A stretch of 64,000 nucleotides of DNA from an uncultured Gammaproteobacteria bacterium (GTDB lineage Bacteria > Pseudomonadota > Gammaproteobacteria > Steroidobacterales > Steroidobacteraceae). A model generated the notes under the pieces. The model made no database searches, was not told the origin of the DNA, and saw only the letters and a list, made by a program, of their open reading frames with translations. Both the position numbers and the translations under genes were made by a program. How positions within the stretch are numbered: position 1 is the stretch's first letter; each line of letters begins with the position of its first letter. Shown here in pieces: positions 20,777 to 30,398 of this stretch. Location of the stretch: positions 113,720 to 177,719 of the forward strand of contig CAWEOT010000005.1 in assembly GCA_963810775.1 (NCBI GenBank), read 5' to 3'.

Positions 20777-21919
20777 TCATTGAGTGACCACCACGCCGCT
20801 GGACGGATGCCAATGCAGATAGACCTGCTCGTCCCAGGTGATACGGTCTTCGGGATGCCGCACCGTGTTCGGCTGGGTGATGCGCACCATCTTGCCGCTC
20901 GCGAGCTGTGCCAGATAGATGGACAGGTCGCCCATGTAGGCGATTTCCTTCACAGTCGCGCGCGCACGATTCTCAGTGCCTGGCGGTGCCTCGCGCGACA
21001 GTGCGATCTTCTCCGGACGCAGTGCCACCCATACCAGGGCGCCGGGCGCCGCGCTCACGCCGTGATCGACAAAGAAGGTGCCGCCCAAGTCCTCGGATTC
21101 GATGCGCACGTGATCCGGCTCATCCTCGATCAGGCGACCCTCGAACATGTTCACCGAGCCGATGAAGTCCGCCACGAAACGCGAATTCGGGTACTCATAA
21201 ATGTCGGAGGGTGTGCCCACCTGCACGATCTCGCCGTGGTTCATCACCCCGATGCGCGAGGCCAATGTCATCGCCTCCTCCTGATCGTGTGTCACGACCA
21301 CGAAGGTCACACCGAGCTGCTCCTGGATGTTGACCAGCTCGAACTGCGTGTGCTCGCGCAGTTTCCGGTCGAGCGCCCCAAGTGGCTCATCGAGCAACAG
21401 GAGTTTGGGCCGCTTGATGAGCGAGCGCGCCAGCGCCACACGTTGACGTTGTCCTCCGGAGAGCTGATGCGGCTTGCGCTTGGCGTAGGGACCCATCTTG
21501 ACGATCTCGAGCATGTCGCCGACACGCTTGCGGATCTCTGAGCGCTGCAGGCCTTCCTGTTCCAGGCCGAAGGCGACGTTCTTCTCGACTGTCATGTGTG
21601 GGAACAGTGCGTAGGACTGGAACATCATGTTCGCAGGCCGCTCGTACGGCGGGATTCCGCTCATGTCTTCGCCGTCGATGAAGACGGTGCCAGCGGTCGG
21701 CACTTCAAAACCAGCCAGCATGCGCAGAAGCGTGGTCTTGCCGCAGCCAGAGCCGCCGAGCAGGCAGAAGATTTCGCCCTGGTAGATCTTCAGTGAGACA
21801 TCCTGCACGGCGATGAAATCACCGAATTTCTTGGTCATGCGCTCGATGCGCACGTAGGGGGTGGCGTGCGGATCGTTCCAGGGCTCGATCTTCTTTTCGG
21901 AACGCGTCGAGTTAGCCAT
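20777..21919 (-). CDS. potG: Putrescine ABC transporter ATP-binding protein PotG
   Basis: 380 aa. Walker A GGSGCGKTT, LSGGQRQR, LLLDEPL. PotG-like N-terminal extension and TOBE-type C-terminus. Confidence 0.9.
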   Translation of the reverse strand: MANSTRSEKKIEPWNDPHATPYVRIERMTKKFGDFIAVQDVSLKIYQGEIFCLLGGSGCGKTTLLRMLAGFEVPTAGTVFIDGEDMSGIPPYERPANMMFQSYALFPHMTVEKNVAFGLEQEGLQRSEIRKRVGDMLEIVKMGPYAKRKPHQLSGGQRQRVALARSLIKRPKLLLLDEPLGALDRKLREHTQFELVNIQEQLGVTFVVVTHDQEEAMTLASRIGVMNHGEIVQVGTPSDIYEYPNSRFVADFIGSVNMFEGRLIEDEPDHVRIESEDLGGTFFVDHGVSAAPGALVWVALRPEKIALSREAPPGTENRARATVKEIAYMGDLSIYLAQLASGKMVRITQPNTVRHPEDRITWDEQVYLHWHPSSGVVVTQ

Positions 21920-21952
21920 GCAGCAGGCCTCAGGCGTGGCGTCTCAGGCGGT

Positions 21953-21980
21953 GACCGCGGGCTATCCGGTGCCCGCGGTC
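21953..21980 (-). promoter_or_regulatory. Hairpin between potF and potG
   Basis: Perfect 10-bp stem GACCGCGGGC / GCCCGCGGTC with an 8-nt loop. Same position (after the binding-protein gene) as 45938..45971. Confidence 0.55.
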
Positions 21981-22009
21981 TGACGGCCAGAGACTCAGGT
22001 TCTCATCGC

Positions 22010-23161
22010 TTATTTCCCCGTCGTGAAGCGCGTCCAGGTGCGATTCAGAAGGCGCGTGAACTCTGGCGTCTCCGCCAGGTCCGGATAGAGCTTCGCCTTG
22101 ACCTCAGGCGGGGGATATACACCAGGATCGTTCTTGACGTCGTCGTTGACGAAAGGCAACGAGTCCTTGTTGCCGTTGGCATAGTTGACGGCGTTGCTGA
22201 TGGCACCGGCGATCTCCGGCTTCATGATGAAGTTGATCCAGGCGTGCGCATTGTCCGGGTGCGGCGCATCCTTCGGAATCGCCATGACGTCGAACCAGAT
22301 GATCGTGCCTTCCTTGGGCACCGCATACTTCACGGTGATGTTGTTCTTGGCCTCATCGGCCCGGTCGCGCGCCTGCAGTATGTCGCCGCTGTAACCGACA
22401 GCCACGCAGATTTCGCCGTTGGCGAGATCATTGATGTACTGCGAGGAGTGGATGTAGCGGATATACGGCCGCATCTTGAGGAGCTTTGCTTCGACCTGCG
22501 CGAGATCCTCGGTAGACTGGCTATTCGGATCCTTGCCGAGATACGACAGGACAGTCGCGGTGATCTCGGACGGGGAGTCCAGCACCGCGATGCCGCAGCC
22601 CTTGAGCTTGGCGGCGTTCTCAGGCTCGAACACCAGCGCCCAGCTGTCCACCGGCGCGTTCGGGAACACCTTGGCGATCTTGTCCGGGTTGTAGCCGATG
22701 CCGGTCGTGCCCCACATGTAGTCGACGGCGTACTGATTGCCCGGGTCGTGCAGGGCCACACGCTGCATGATCTCGGGATCCATGTGCGAAAGATTCGGGA
22801 GCTTCGATTTGTCCAGCGGGCGGAATACGCCGGCCTTGATCTGGCGTTCGAGGAAGGAGGCGGAGGGAACCACGATGTCGTAGCCCGAGTTGCCTGCGAG
22901 CAGCTTGGTCTCGAGCACTTCGTTGCCGTCATAGACGTCGTAGTTGACCTTGATGCCAGTCTCCTTTTCGAAGTTGGCAATCGTGTCTTCGGCTATGTAG
23001 TCGGACCAGTTGTAGACGTTGACGACCTTTTCTTCAGTCTTCGCGGCGGGTGCCGAACCGGCTGGCTCACCACTCGCCTCTTTCGCCTTTTCACCCTGGC
23101 CGCATGCTGCCAGCGCCAGCGCATACAGGATCCCCAGCCCAGCGTGTCGCAACTTCATCAT
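22010..23161 (-). CDS. potF: Periplasmic putrescine-binding protein PotF
   Basis: 383 aa with a lipoprotein-type signal (LALAACGQ). PotF/PotD-family body (VNVYNWSDYIAEDT, DIVVPSASFLERQ). Confidence 0.85.
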   Translation of the reverse strand: MMKLRHAGLGILYALALAACGQGEKAKEASGEPAGSAPAAKTEEKVVNVYNWSDYIAEDTIANFEKETGIKVNYDVYDGNEVLETKLLAGNSGYDIVVPSASFLERQIKAGVFRPLDKSKLPNLSHMDPEIMQRVALHDPGNQYAVDYMWGTTGIGYNPDKIAKVFPNAPVDSWALVFEPENAAKLKGCGIAVLDSPSEITATVLSYLGKDPNSQSTEDLAQVEAKLLKMRPYIRYIHSSQYINDLANGEICVAVGYSGDILQARDRADEAKNNITVKYAVPKEGTIIWFDVMAIPKDAPHPDNAHAWINFIMKPEIAGAISNAVNYANGNKDSLPFVNDDVKNDPGVYPPPEVKAKLYPDLAETPEFTRLLNRTWTRFTTGK

Positions 23162-23220
23162 GACGAGTCCTCCGATTTGGCGGCCGCACGTTGTTGTAAT
23201 TGAGGCCGTTTATAACAGTA

Positions 23221-24558
23221 CTAAACGTTGAGCAGCAAATGCTCCCGTTCCCAGGAGCTGATCACCTGCGAGAAAGTCTCGTATTCGTTTTCCTTGACCG
23301 CGGAATACGCACGCACAAAGCGCTCGCTGAAGACATCGACCAGCGGCTTGCACTCGCGCAGCAGCTTCAGGGATTCGTCGAGTGTCCGCGGCAGGGCGAA
23401 GGGAAGGTCATGAGCGCTGCCTGAGATCGGCTCGGTGGGCTTCAGCCCTTCGACCATGCCCAGGTAGCCGCATGCCAGCGAGGCGGCAATCGCCAGGTAG
23501 GGGTTGGCATCTGCTCCCCCGACGCGATTCTCGACGCGGCGCGCGGTAGGCGAGGACATCGGGACGCGCAGCCCGGCGGTGCGGTTGTCGTAACCCCATT
23601 GAACATTGATGGGCGCGGAGAGATAGCGCGTGATGCGGCGATAGGAATTGACGTTTGGCGCAAACATCGACATGGCCGCCGGCAGGTACTTCTGCAGGCC
23701 GGCGATGTGCGAGAAGAACAGCGGGCTCGGCGTTCCGTCGGGATTGCTCAGGATGTTCTGCTTGCTCTTGCGGTCGAGGAAGCTCTGGTGGATATGCATG
23801 GCGCTGCCCGGCTCGCGCGCCATGGGCTTGGCCATGAAGGTCGCGTACATCTTGTGGCGCAATGCCGCCTCACGCGCCGTACGCTTGAACAGGAACGCCT
23901 GGTCCGCGAGATCGAGCGCGTTCCCGTGTAACAGGTTGATCTCCATCTGCGCCGCGCCGTCCTCGTGGATCAACGTGTCGATTTCGATGTCCTGGGATTC
24001 GCAGAAGGCGTAGATGTCGTCGAACAGCGGGTCGAACTCGTTAACCGCCGCGATGCTATAGGACTGCCGGCCGATCTCCGGGCGCCCGGAGCGGCCCACC
24101 GGGGGTTTCAGCGGATAGTCGGAGTCGATGTTCGGCTCGACCAGGAAAAACTCGAGCTCCGGCGCGACCACCGGGTCCCAACCGCGCTCGGCGTACAGCT
24201 CGAGCACGTGCCGCAGCACCTGGCGCGGCGCCATCGTGACCGGGCGACCATCGGAATAGAAGCAGTCGTGAATCACCTGCGCAGTCGGCTCCGCCGCCCA
24301 GGGTACGACCCGCACTGTCCGCGGATCTGCCTTGAGCACGATGTCGATTTCGGAGGGACTTATAGCGCTGTCGTCCTCTGGATACTCACCGGTAACCGTC
24401 TGCAGAAAAATGCCTTCGGGCAGGCGCATGCCCTCCTCTTCGGCAAACTTTTCCGCCGGCATGATCTTGCCGCGCGCCACGCCCGCCATGTCGGGAATGA
24501 TCGCCTCGACATCCGAGATGCCATGATCCTTGAAGAACTGCTGGATGCTGCTGGCCAT
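23221..24558 (-). CDS. puuA: Gamma-glutamylputrescine synthetase (glutamine synthetase family)
   Basis: 445 aa, GS-catalytic-domain protein (FMAKPMAREPGSAMHIHQS, NRTAGLRVP, RVENRVGGADANPYL). Adjacent to puuD. Confidence 0.8.
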   Translation of the reverse strand: MASSIQQFFKDHGISDVEAIIPDMAGVARGKIMPAEKFAEEEGMRLPEGIFLQTVTGEYPEDDSAISPSEIDIVLKADPRTVRVVPWAAEPTAQVIHDCFYSDGRPVTMAPRQVLRHVLELYAERGWDPVVAPELEFFLVEPNIDSDYPLKPPVGRSGRPEIGRQSYSIAAVNEFDPLFDDIYAFCESQDIEIDTLIHEDGAAQMEINLLHGNALDLADQAFLFKRTAREAALRHKMYATFMAKPMAREPGSAMHIHQSFLDRKSKQNILSNPDGTPSPLFFSHIAGLQKYLPAAMSMFAPNVNSYRRITRYLSAPINVQWGYDNRTAGLRVPMSSPTARRVENRVGGADANPYLAIAASLACGYLGMVEGLKPTEPISGSAHDLPFALPRTLDESLKLLRECKPLVDVFSERFVRAYSAVKENEYETFSQVISSWEREHLLLNV

Positions 24559-24561
24559 GAT

Positions 24562-25317
24562 TCATCTTTCCGCAAGGCGCCCGCGACTCGCCGTGCCGAA
24601 CGCGGCGAACAGGGCGCGTGAGAATGGATCGCTCATGACTTTCCACTCCGGATGCCATTGCACCGCGACCGCAAAACGTGGCGCAGCGTGCACGCGAAAG
24701 GCCTCGATCACTCCATCTGTCGCGCGCGCTTCGACGTCGAGGCCCTTGCCCAACGTCTGCACGCCTTGCGAATGAAGCGAGTTGACGCGGACCCGTTCCT
24801 GGCCCGCGAGTTGACGCAATAGCCCACCGGCTTCGAGCACGACGTCGTGAGCCGGGCCGTACTGAATGTCGAGTTCCTGCTCTTCATCCTCTCGGTGATC
24901 ACTCAGGCCAGGTACCTCGTGCAGCTTTTGCCAGAGCGTGCCGCCAAAGGCGACATTCATTTCCTGGAAGCCCCGACACACTGCCAGCACAGGCAGGCCG
25001 GCGGCGACTGCGGCGGGAATCAGCGGTAGCGTCGTCGAATCGCGATGTGGATCGTGCAATGTTCCTGGATCACTGGCGGGCCCCTTGTAGTGATGTGGTT
25101 CGACGTTCGACGGACTCCCCGGCAGGAGCAGTCCATCAAAGCGTGACAGCAGCGCATCGATATTCAGCGCCTCGCCCAGGGCGGGAATAAGCACTGGTAT
25201 CGCGTCCGCGGCTTCGGCGACCGCAGCGATGTATTTCTCACCGACGGCATGAAACCAATGCTTGCCGAGCACACGCCGATCGGCCGGTATCCCGATAAAG
25301 GGCTTTGCTGTACGCAT
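24562..25317 (-). CDS. puuD: Gamma-glutamyl-gamma-aminobutyrate hydrolase (peptidase C26)
   Basis: 251 aa. Class-I glutamine amidotransferase-like, with LAVCRGFQEMNVAFGG (nucleophile Cys) and VQWHPEW. Confidence 0.8.
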   Translation of the reverse strand: MRTAKPFIGIPADRRVLGKHWFHAVGEKYIAAVAEAADAIPVLIPALGEALNIDALLSRFDGLLLPGSPSNVEPHHYKGPASDPGTLHDPHRDSTTLPLIPAAVAAGLPVLAVCRGFQEMNVAFGGTLWQKLHEVPGLSDHREDEEQELDIQYGPAHDVVLEAGGLLRQLAGQERVRVNSLHSQGVQTLGKGLDVEARATDGVIEAFRVHAAPRFAVAVQWHPEWKVMSDPFSRALFAAFGTASRGRLAER

Positions 25318-25333
25318 GTTAATTATTTTAAAC
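25318..25333. promoter_or_regulatory. AT-rich 16-mer GTTAATTATTTTAAAC abutting the puuD start codon; candidate PuuR operator
   Basis: Its reverse complement, GTTTAAAATAATTAAC, matches 32476..32491 (GTTTAAGATAATTAAC) at 15 of 16 positions. Related GTTTAAG half-sites occur at 25354..25360 and, as reverse complement, at 25531..25540. Confidence 0.5.
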
Positions 25334-25542
25334 AGCCCGCCAGAGCCGCGGGCGTTTAAGGACGCGGCATTAGACCATATCCCCTGCGCTCTGGCGTCCC
25401 GAGCTGTTTTGCAGGTGCGAAGATTGCAGAGATTCCAAGGCTTAGACGCGCATTTTGCGGCGCAACAGCCTAGCTAGGACCCTGTGGCCCCGCTATCCTC
25501 GCGCAAGTCAAGTACCTCCCACCATTACAGAATCTTAAACAC

Positions 25543-26826
25543 GTGCAGCGATTGCAGGACCACATCCATTCCTATTACGCCGCTACCGCACACGCCGCGG
25601 CGGCTCATCCGCGCCTGCGCGATGCCGTCGATTGCGATGTGTGTGTCGTGGGTGGAGGGATCGCCGGCTGCTCCACAGCTCTGCATCTGGCCGAACGTGG
25701 TTATCGGGTCGTCCTGCTCGAGGACAAGCGCCTCGGTTGGGGCGCCTCGGGGCGCAGCGGGGGGCAAGCCCTGCCGGGGTTTGCCTGCGGCCAGGACAAG
25801 CTGGTGTCGATGCTGGGGCCCGAGGCCGCGCGCGCGTTGTGGGACGTGAGTGTCGAGGGTGTGTCATTGATGCGCAGCCTGATCGCAGAACACCAAATCG
25901 AGTGCGACTGGGTCGACGGTCAACTCCAGGCAGCGATCAAGCCACGCCACCGTGACGAGCTGCTCGCTCTCAGCAACCAGCTCCAGCGCGACTACGGGTA
26001 TCCATCGCTGCGCTGGTATGAGCGCAGTAACCTCGGCGCCCTGCTGGAGACCGACCGATATCTGGGTGGCTTGTACGATGCCAACAGCGGCCATTTGCAT
26101 CCGCTCAACTACACCCTGGGCCTCGCGGCCGCGGCCGCACGCCAGGGCATCAGGATATTCGAGGATTCCCGTGCGCTGCGTTTCGAGAGCAGCAACGGGC
26201 TGCGCGTGCGGACCCCCGAGGGTGAGGTGCGCTGCCGCTATCTCGTCTTGTGCGGCAACACCGGTCTGGACGGAACCGCACCTGAGCTCGCGCGCAAGAT
26301 CATGGGTGTTGCAACTTACATCGTAGCCACGGCGCCACTCGGCGCGGAACGCGCGCGTCGGCTCATCACCAACAACATGGCCGTCTCGGACATGAACTGG
26401 GTGCTCGACTACTTCCGGCGGTCCGCCGATCACCGACTCCTGTTCGGCGGACGGGTGAGCTACTCAGGTATCGATCCCGCCAATACAGCAAACGCGACGC
26501 GGGCCCGGATGCTGCAGGTGTTTCCGCAGCTCGCCGACGTAAAGGTCGAGTACAGCTGGGGCGGCTACGTCGACATCACGCTGAATCGCGCCCCGCATTT
26601 TGGGCGCCTGGCGCCGGACGTCTACTTCCTCCAGGGGTTTTCCGGTCACGGCATCGCCCTGACCGGGATCGCGGGCAAACTGGTCGCCGAAGCAGTCGCC
26701 GGAACGGCCGAACGCTTCGATGTGTTCGCCCGCATCCCGCACCGGGAATTTCCTGGCGGCCAGACGCTGCGTCGACCCGCCCTGGTCCTCGCGATGCTGT
26801 ACTACCGGCTGCGTGACTTGTTGTAG
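25543..26826 (+). CDS. puuB: Gamma-glutamylputrescine oxidoreductase (FAD-dependent)
   Basis: 427 aa with a GTG start. Collinear with E. coli PuuB (HSYYAA, CDVCVVGGGIAGCSTALHLAE, GHLHPLNY, YFLQGFSGHG, PGGQTLRRP). Confidence 0.85.
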   Translation: MQRLQDHIHSYYAATAHAAAAHPRLRDAVDCDVCVVGGGIAGCSTALHLAERGYRVVLLEDKRLGWGASGRSGGQALPGFACGQDKLVSMLGPEAARALWDVSVEGVSLMRSLIAEHQIECDWVDGQLQAAIKPRHRDELLALSNQLQRDYGYPSLRWYERSNLGALLETDRYLGGLYDANSGHLHPLNYTLGLAAAAARQGIRIFEDSRALRFESSNGLRVRTPEGEVRCRYLVLCGNTGLDGTAPELARKIMGVATYIVATAPLGAERARRLITNNMAVSDMNWVLDYFRRSADHRLLFGGRVSYSGIDPANTANATRARMLQVFPQLADVKVEYSWGGYVDITLNRAPHFGRLAPDVYFLQGFSGHGIALTGIAGKLVAEAVAGTAERFDVFARIPHREFPGGQTLRRPALVLAMLYYRLRDLL

Positions 26827-26883
26827 ACCAAGCGCCCGCGTGCGCCGCGTGACGTAGAATCCGGCGTATTCGCAGGAGCACGC

Positions 26884-27321
26884 ATGGCAACCGAAATCAC
26901 GCCCGTCGCACACGTCATCCAGCTCGCCGTAGCGCCGGTTTTCCTGTTGTCGGGCGTCGGCATCATGCTCACCGTGCTGACCAATCGTCTGGCGCGAGTC
27001 GTCGATCGTGCGCGCGCGGTGGAGAAAACGGCTTCCCAGGCGCAGCCGACGGACCTGCCGGCGTTGCAGGATGATCTGCGCATGCTGGGGCGACGCGCTC
27101 ACCTGATGAATCGCGCCATTACCCTGTGCACGATCTGCGCGCTACTCGTTTCGTTGGTAGTGGTGGCGCTGTTCGTAAGCTCCTTCACGTCGGTCAAGCT
27201 GGCCGTGCCCATTGCCTCACTGTTCATCATCGCGATGCTGAGCTTCATCGTGGCGTTGCTGATTTTCCTGCGCGAGGTATTCCTCGCAACCGGGTCACTG
27301 AGGATCGGCACTCATCGCTGA
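26884..27321 (+). CDS. DUF2721-family membrane protein
   Basis: 145 aa. IQLAVAPVFLLSGVGIMLTVLTNRLARVVDRARA followed by two more TM helices. Family name from memory. Confidence 0.6.
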   Translation: MATEITPVAHVIQLAVAPVFLLSGVGIMLTVLTNRLARVVDRARAVEKTASQAQPTDLPALQDDLRMLGRRAHLMNRAITLCTICALLVSLVVVALFVSSFTSVKLAVPIASLFIIAMLSFIVALLIFLREVFLATGSLRIGTHR

Positions 27322-29514
27322 GGGCCGGCGCTTCGGGCTGTGACGAATCCGAAAGCATTGGTGAATTCGCGGGCTTCTGGCGAAATCACGCGGAATGGTC
27401 GCGGCAGAGACGTCCTGCACCTCCAGCTCCGCCAATGCCGGCAGGTCGATCCGGAATCGTTCGAAATTGGTCGAAAAGATGAGCTCGCCATCGGGCGTCA
27501 GCAGGGCGGCAGCGAGACTGATGAGCCGCACGTGGTCGCGCTGCACGTCGAGCAGCTCACGCATGCTTTTGGAATTCGAGAACGTCGGCGGGTCCAGAAA
27601 TATCAGCCCGTAACGCGGGCCGCGTTCGCCAAGTGATGCCTGCTCGGCGAGCCACGCAAGGCAGTCGGCACGAACCAGCTGATGTTGCTTGCCGGACTGC
27701 CCGTTCAGTTCCAGATTTCGCCGTGCCCACTCCAGGTAGGTGTTCGAAAGGTCTACGTTGGTCGAAGAGCGCGCACCGCCCGCGATGGCGTAGACCGTTG
27801 CGCTCGCCGTGTAGCAGAACAGATTGAGGAAGCGCTTGCCGGATGCCGCCTCGCGGATCATGGCCCGCGTCGGCCGATGATCGAGGAACAGCCCGGTATC
27901 GAGATAATCGGTAAAGTTGACGAGGAACCGAAGGCCACCTTCCTCCACCGCCACGAACCGATTCTCATCCCCGCGCCGTTCGTATTGCTCGCCACGGCGA
28001 GTGCGACGGCGAGTGCGCAGATGGATGTGATCAAGCCGGGTCTCGAACAGCTCGGGCAGCACTGACAACGCCTCGTCGCGCCGTGCACGCACTGCCTGGG
28101 CGTCAATGCTGCGCGGTGCCTGGTATTCCTGCACATTGAGCCAGCGCTCATCGCCCTGGTACAGATCGATCGCGAACGCATACTCCGGCATGTCCGCATC
28201 GTAGACACGATAGCAACGCACGTTTTCCCGCTTGGCCCAACTCTCGAGCTCGCGCAGATTTTTCTTCATCCGGTTGGCGAACATCTGCGCACCGGGCCGC
28301 GAGCGTGCGCCTTCCGCATCATTCAGGACTACGCCCGGATGTGCGCGTTGCGTTACGAAGCGGCGCGGATCGATGTCGAAGCGCAGGAGCCGGCACTCGA
28401 TCGCGCCGTTCCACAGGGTGTGTGCGCGGGTCGCATGAAGTCCGAGTGCGTGGCCGAGTTGCGGATTGCCGGTGAACAGAGCCGCCTGCCAGCCCACGAA
28501 CTCCTCGCGCATGCGTGCACCGAGCTGCGCATACAGCTGTTCCAGCTCTGGTCCAGCCCCCAGGCGCTCACCGTACGGTGGATTCGTGCACAACAACCCT
28601 CGCTCCTGGCCGCCGCGGTCTGCCTGGGCCAGCTCACGGCGCTCGACGTGGATCAGGCCGCGCAACCGGGCACGCTCCACGTTCTCGATTGCCACCCGCA
28701 CAGCGCGCGGATCATTGTCGAAGCCACGAATTGACGATCGCGGCGGGCCGGCGCTTGCGCGTTCTTCGGCTTCGGTGCGAATTGCGTTCCATGCCGCTGC
28801 GTCGTGCTGGCGCCAGCGCTCGAAACCGAAACGCTCGCGCCTGAGCCCGGGCGCAACGTCACAGGCGATCAACGCGGCTTCGATCGGCAAGGTCCCGGAT
28901 CCGCAAAGCGGATCGAGGAATGCGCCGTCTGCGTCTGCAATCTTCCGCCATCCGGCACGCAGCAGGATGCCTGCAGCCAGGTTTTCCTTGAGCGGCGCAG
29001 CCACGCCGCGCGCCCGGTAGCCGCGTCGATGCAGGCTTTCTCCCGCCAGGTCGATGCTCACCGTGACGCGTCGGCGCTGTGCATGAACGTGAATGCGCAG
29101 GTCCGGGCTGTCGGTGTCTACCGAGGGCCTGCTGCCCGTCTGCTCGCGTAGTTGATCAACAATCGCATCCTTGACGCGCAGCGTCGCGTAATGGGAATGA
29201 TCGATGCCTGAGTCCACCGAAGTGAATTCGCAGGCAATGGTATTTTCGGCACCGAGGTGCTGGCTCCAATCGACCTGCCGCACGCCGGCATAAAGAGAGT
29301 CAGGAGAGTCGGCTTCGAAGCGAGCGATCTCGATCAGCACGCGATTTGCGACGCGTGACCACAGGCACGCGCGATAGCCGATGTCGAGCGTGCCCTGGAA
29401 TGCTGCTCCTGCGCCCAGCTCCGCGACATCACTGGCACCGCACGTTCGCAGCTCTTCTGCCAGAAGATCGGCAAGACCCCGCGGCGCGGAGGCGTAGAAA
29501 GAGAAATTCGCCAC
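27295..29514 (-). CDS. rlmL: Bifunctional 23S rRNA methyltransferase RlmKL (m2G2445/m7G2069)
   Basis: THUMP-type N-terminus (FSFYASAPRGLADLLAEEL), DPLCGSGTLPIEAA and NPPYGERLG motifs, and a second C-terminal MTase domain (IFLDPPTFS). ORF trimmed to in-frame GTG 29514, 2 nt after the aguB stop, because the upstream part overlaps aguB. Confidence 0.85.
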   Translation of the reverse strand: MANFSFYASAPRGLADLLAEELRTCGASDVAELGAGAAFQGTLDIGYRACLWSRVANRVLIEIARFEADSPDSLYAGVRQVDWSQHLGAENTIACEFTSVDSGIDHSHYATLRVKDAIVDQLREQTGSRPSVDTDSPDLRIHVHAQRRRVTVSIDLAGESLHRRGYRARGVAAPLKENLAAGILLRAGWRKIADADGAFLDPLCGSGTLPIEAALIACDVAPGLRRERFGFERWRQHDAAAWNAIRTEAEERASAGPPRSSIRGFDNDPRAVRVAIENVERARLRGLIHVERRELAQADRGGQERGLLCTNPPYGERLGAGPELEQLYAQLGARMREEFVGWQAALFTGNPQLGHALGLHATRAHTLWNGAIECRLLRFDIDPRRFVTQRAHPGVVLNDAEGARSRPGAQMFANRMKKNLRELESWAKRENVRCYRVYDADMPEYAFAIDLYQGDERWLNVQEYQAPRSIDAQAVRARRDEALSVLPELFETRLDHIHLRTRRRTRRGEQYERRGDENRFVAVEEGGLRFLVNFTDYLDTGLFLDHRPTRAMIREAASGKRFLNLFCYTASATVYAIAGGARSSTNVDLSNTYLEWARRNLELNGQSGKQHQLVRADCLAWLAEQASLGERGPRYGLIFLDPPTFSNSKSMRELLDVQRDHVRLISLAAALLTPDGELIFSTNFERFRIDLPALAELEVQDVSAATIPRDFARSPRIHQCFRIRHSPKRRPSAMSADPQ

Positions 29515-29516
29515 GA

Positions 29517-30398
29517 TCAGCGTGATTCGTTCGGAGCGCCGTCGAGACTGATCAGGGGATGATAGAGATCCGGACGCCGATCGCGGAACAGGCCCCACGC
29601 CTGACGGTAGCTGCGGACCGCGTCCAGATCGAACGTCGCGGTAATGATGCCCTCCGTCTTGCGATCGGCTTGCGTCACGATCGCGCCCGTGGGTCCCGTG
29701 ATGAACGATGAGCCATAGAAGGTCATCGGATAACGCTCGCCCTGCTCCTCGCCGATTCGATTGGAGGCGATGACCGGCATCACGTTCGCCGCCGCATGCC
29801 CCTGCATCGCGACCTGCCAATGGTCTTTGGAATCAATCGTTGGATCATGCGGCTCTGAGCCGATCGCCGTCGGATAGAAAAGCAGCTCCGCGCCCAACAA
29901 TGCCATGGCGCGCGCGGTCTCCGGAAACCACTGATCCCAGCACACGGCGACGCCGAGCGTACCGAAGCGCGTCGGCCATACCTTGAATCCCGTATCACCC
30001 GGGGAGAAGTAGTACTTCTCGTGATAACCCGGACCCTCGGGGATATGCGACTTGCGATACATCCCGAGTACCGCACCATCGGCATCCACCATCACCAAGG
30101 TGTTGTAGAAAGCGTTGTTGGCGCGCTCGAAGACACTCAGCGGCAGTACGACCTTGAGCTCCGCGGCGATGCGCGCAAAGCGTTCAATGGTCGGATGCCC
30201 GGCGATCGGGCGAGCCAGATCGAAGTGGCGCGCGAGATGGTCCTTGCAGAAGTACGGCGTTTCGAACAGTTCCTGCAACAGGATGACGTTGCCACCCTGG
30301 CGCGCTGCCTCGCGTACCAGTTTCTCTGCCTTGGCGACGTTCGCTTCGCGATCCCACGAACAGGCCATCTGCGTGGCGGCAACAATCACGGTCGTCAT
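29517..30398 (-). CDS. aguB: N-carbamoylputrescine amidase (CN-hydrolase family)
   Basis: 293 aa, collinear with P. aeruginosa AguB (VAATQMACSWD, LQELFETPYFC, YRKSHIPEGPGYHEKYYF, VCWDQWFPE, FYPTAIGSEPHDP). Confidence 0.9.
   Translation of the reverse strand: MTTVIVAATQMACSWDREANVAKAEKLVREAARQGGNVILLQELFETPYFCKDHLARHFDLARPIAGHPTIERFARIAAELKVVLPLSVFERANNAFYNTLVMVDADGAVLGMYRKSHIPEGPGYHEKYYFSPGDTGFKVWPTRFGTLGVAVCWDQWFPETARAMALLGAELLFYPTAIGSEPHDPTIDSKDHWQVAMQGHAAANVMPVIASNRIGEEQGERYPMTFYGSSFITGPTGAIVTQADRKTEGIITATFDLDAVRSYRQAWGLFRDRRPDLYHPLISLDGAPNESR

Noticed and set aside
21866-23203. Long antisense ORFs opposite real genes (this one opposite potF; also 18058..19302, 9365..10573, 30446..31861, 42357..43526, 25864..26433, 20780..21541)
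   Set aside because: These are typical stop-codon-poor shadow frames of GC-rich DNA. Their products are Arg/Ala/Gly-rich with no recognisable domains, while the opposite strand encodes strongly recognisable proteins.
29515-29820. Upstream 102 codons of the 841-aa rlmL ORF
   Set aside because: They overlap the aguB coding region in another frame and show no similarity to RlmL. RlmL-like sequence starts at the in-frame GTG 29514.
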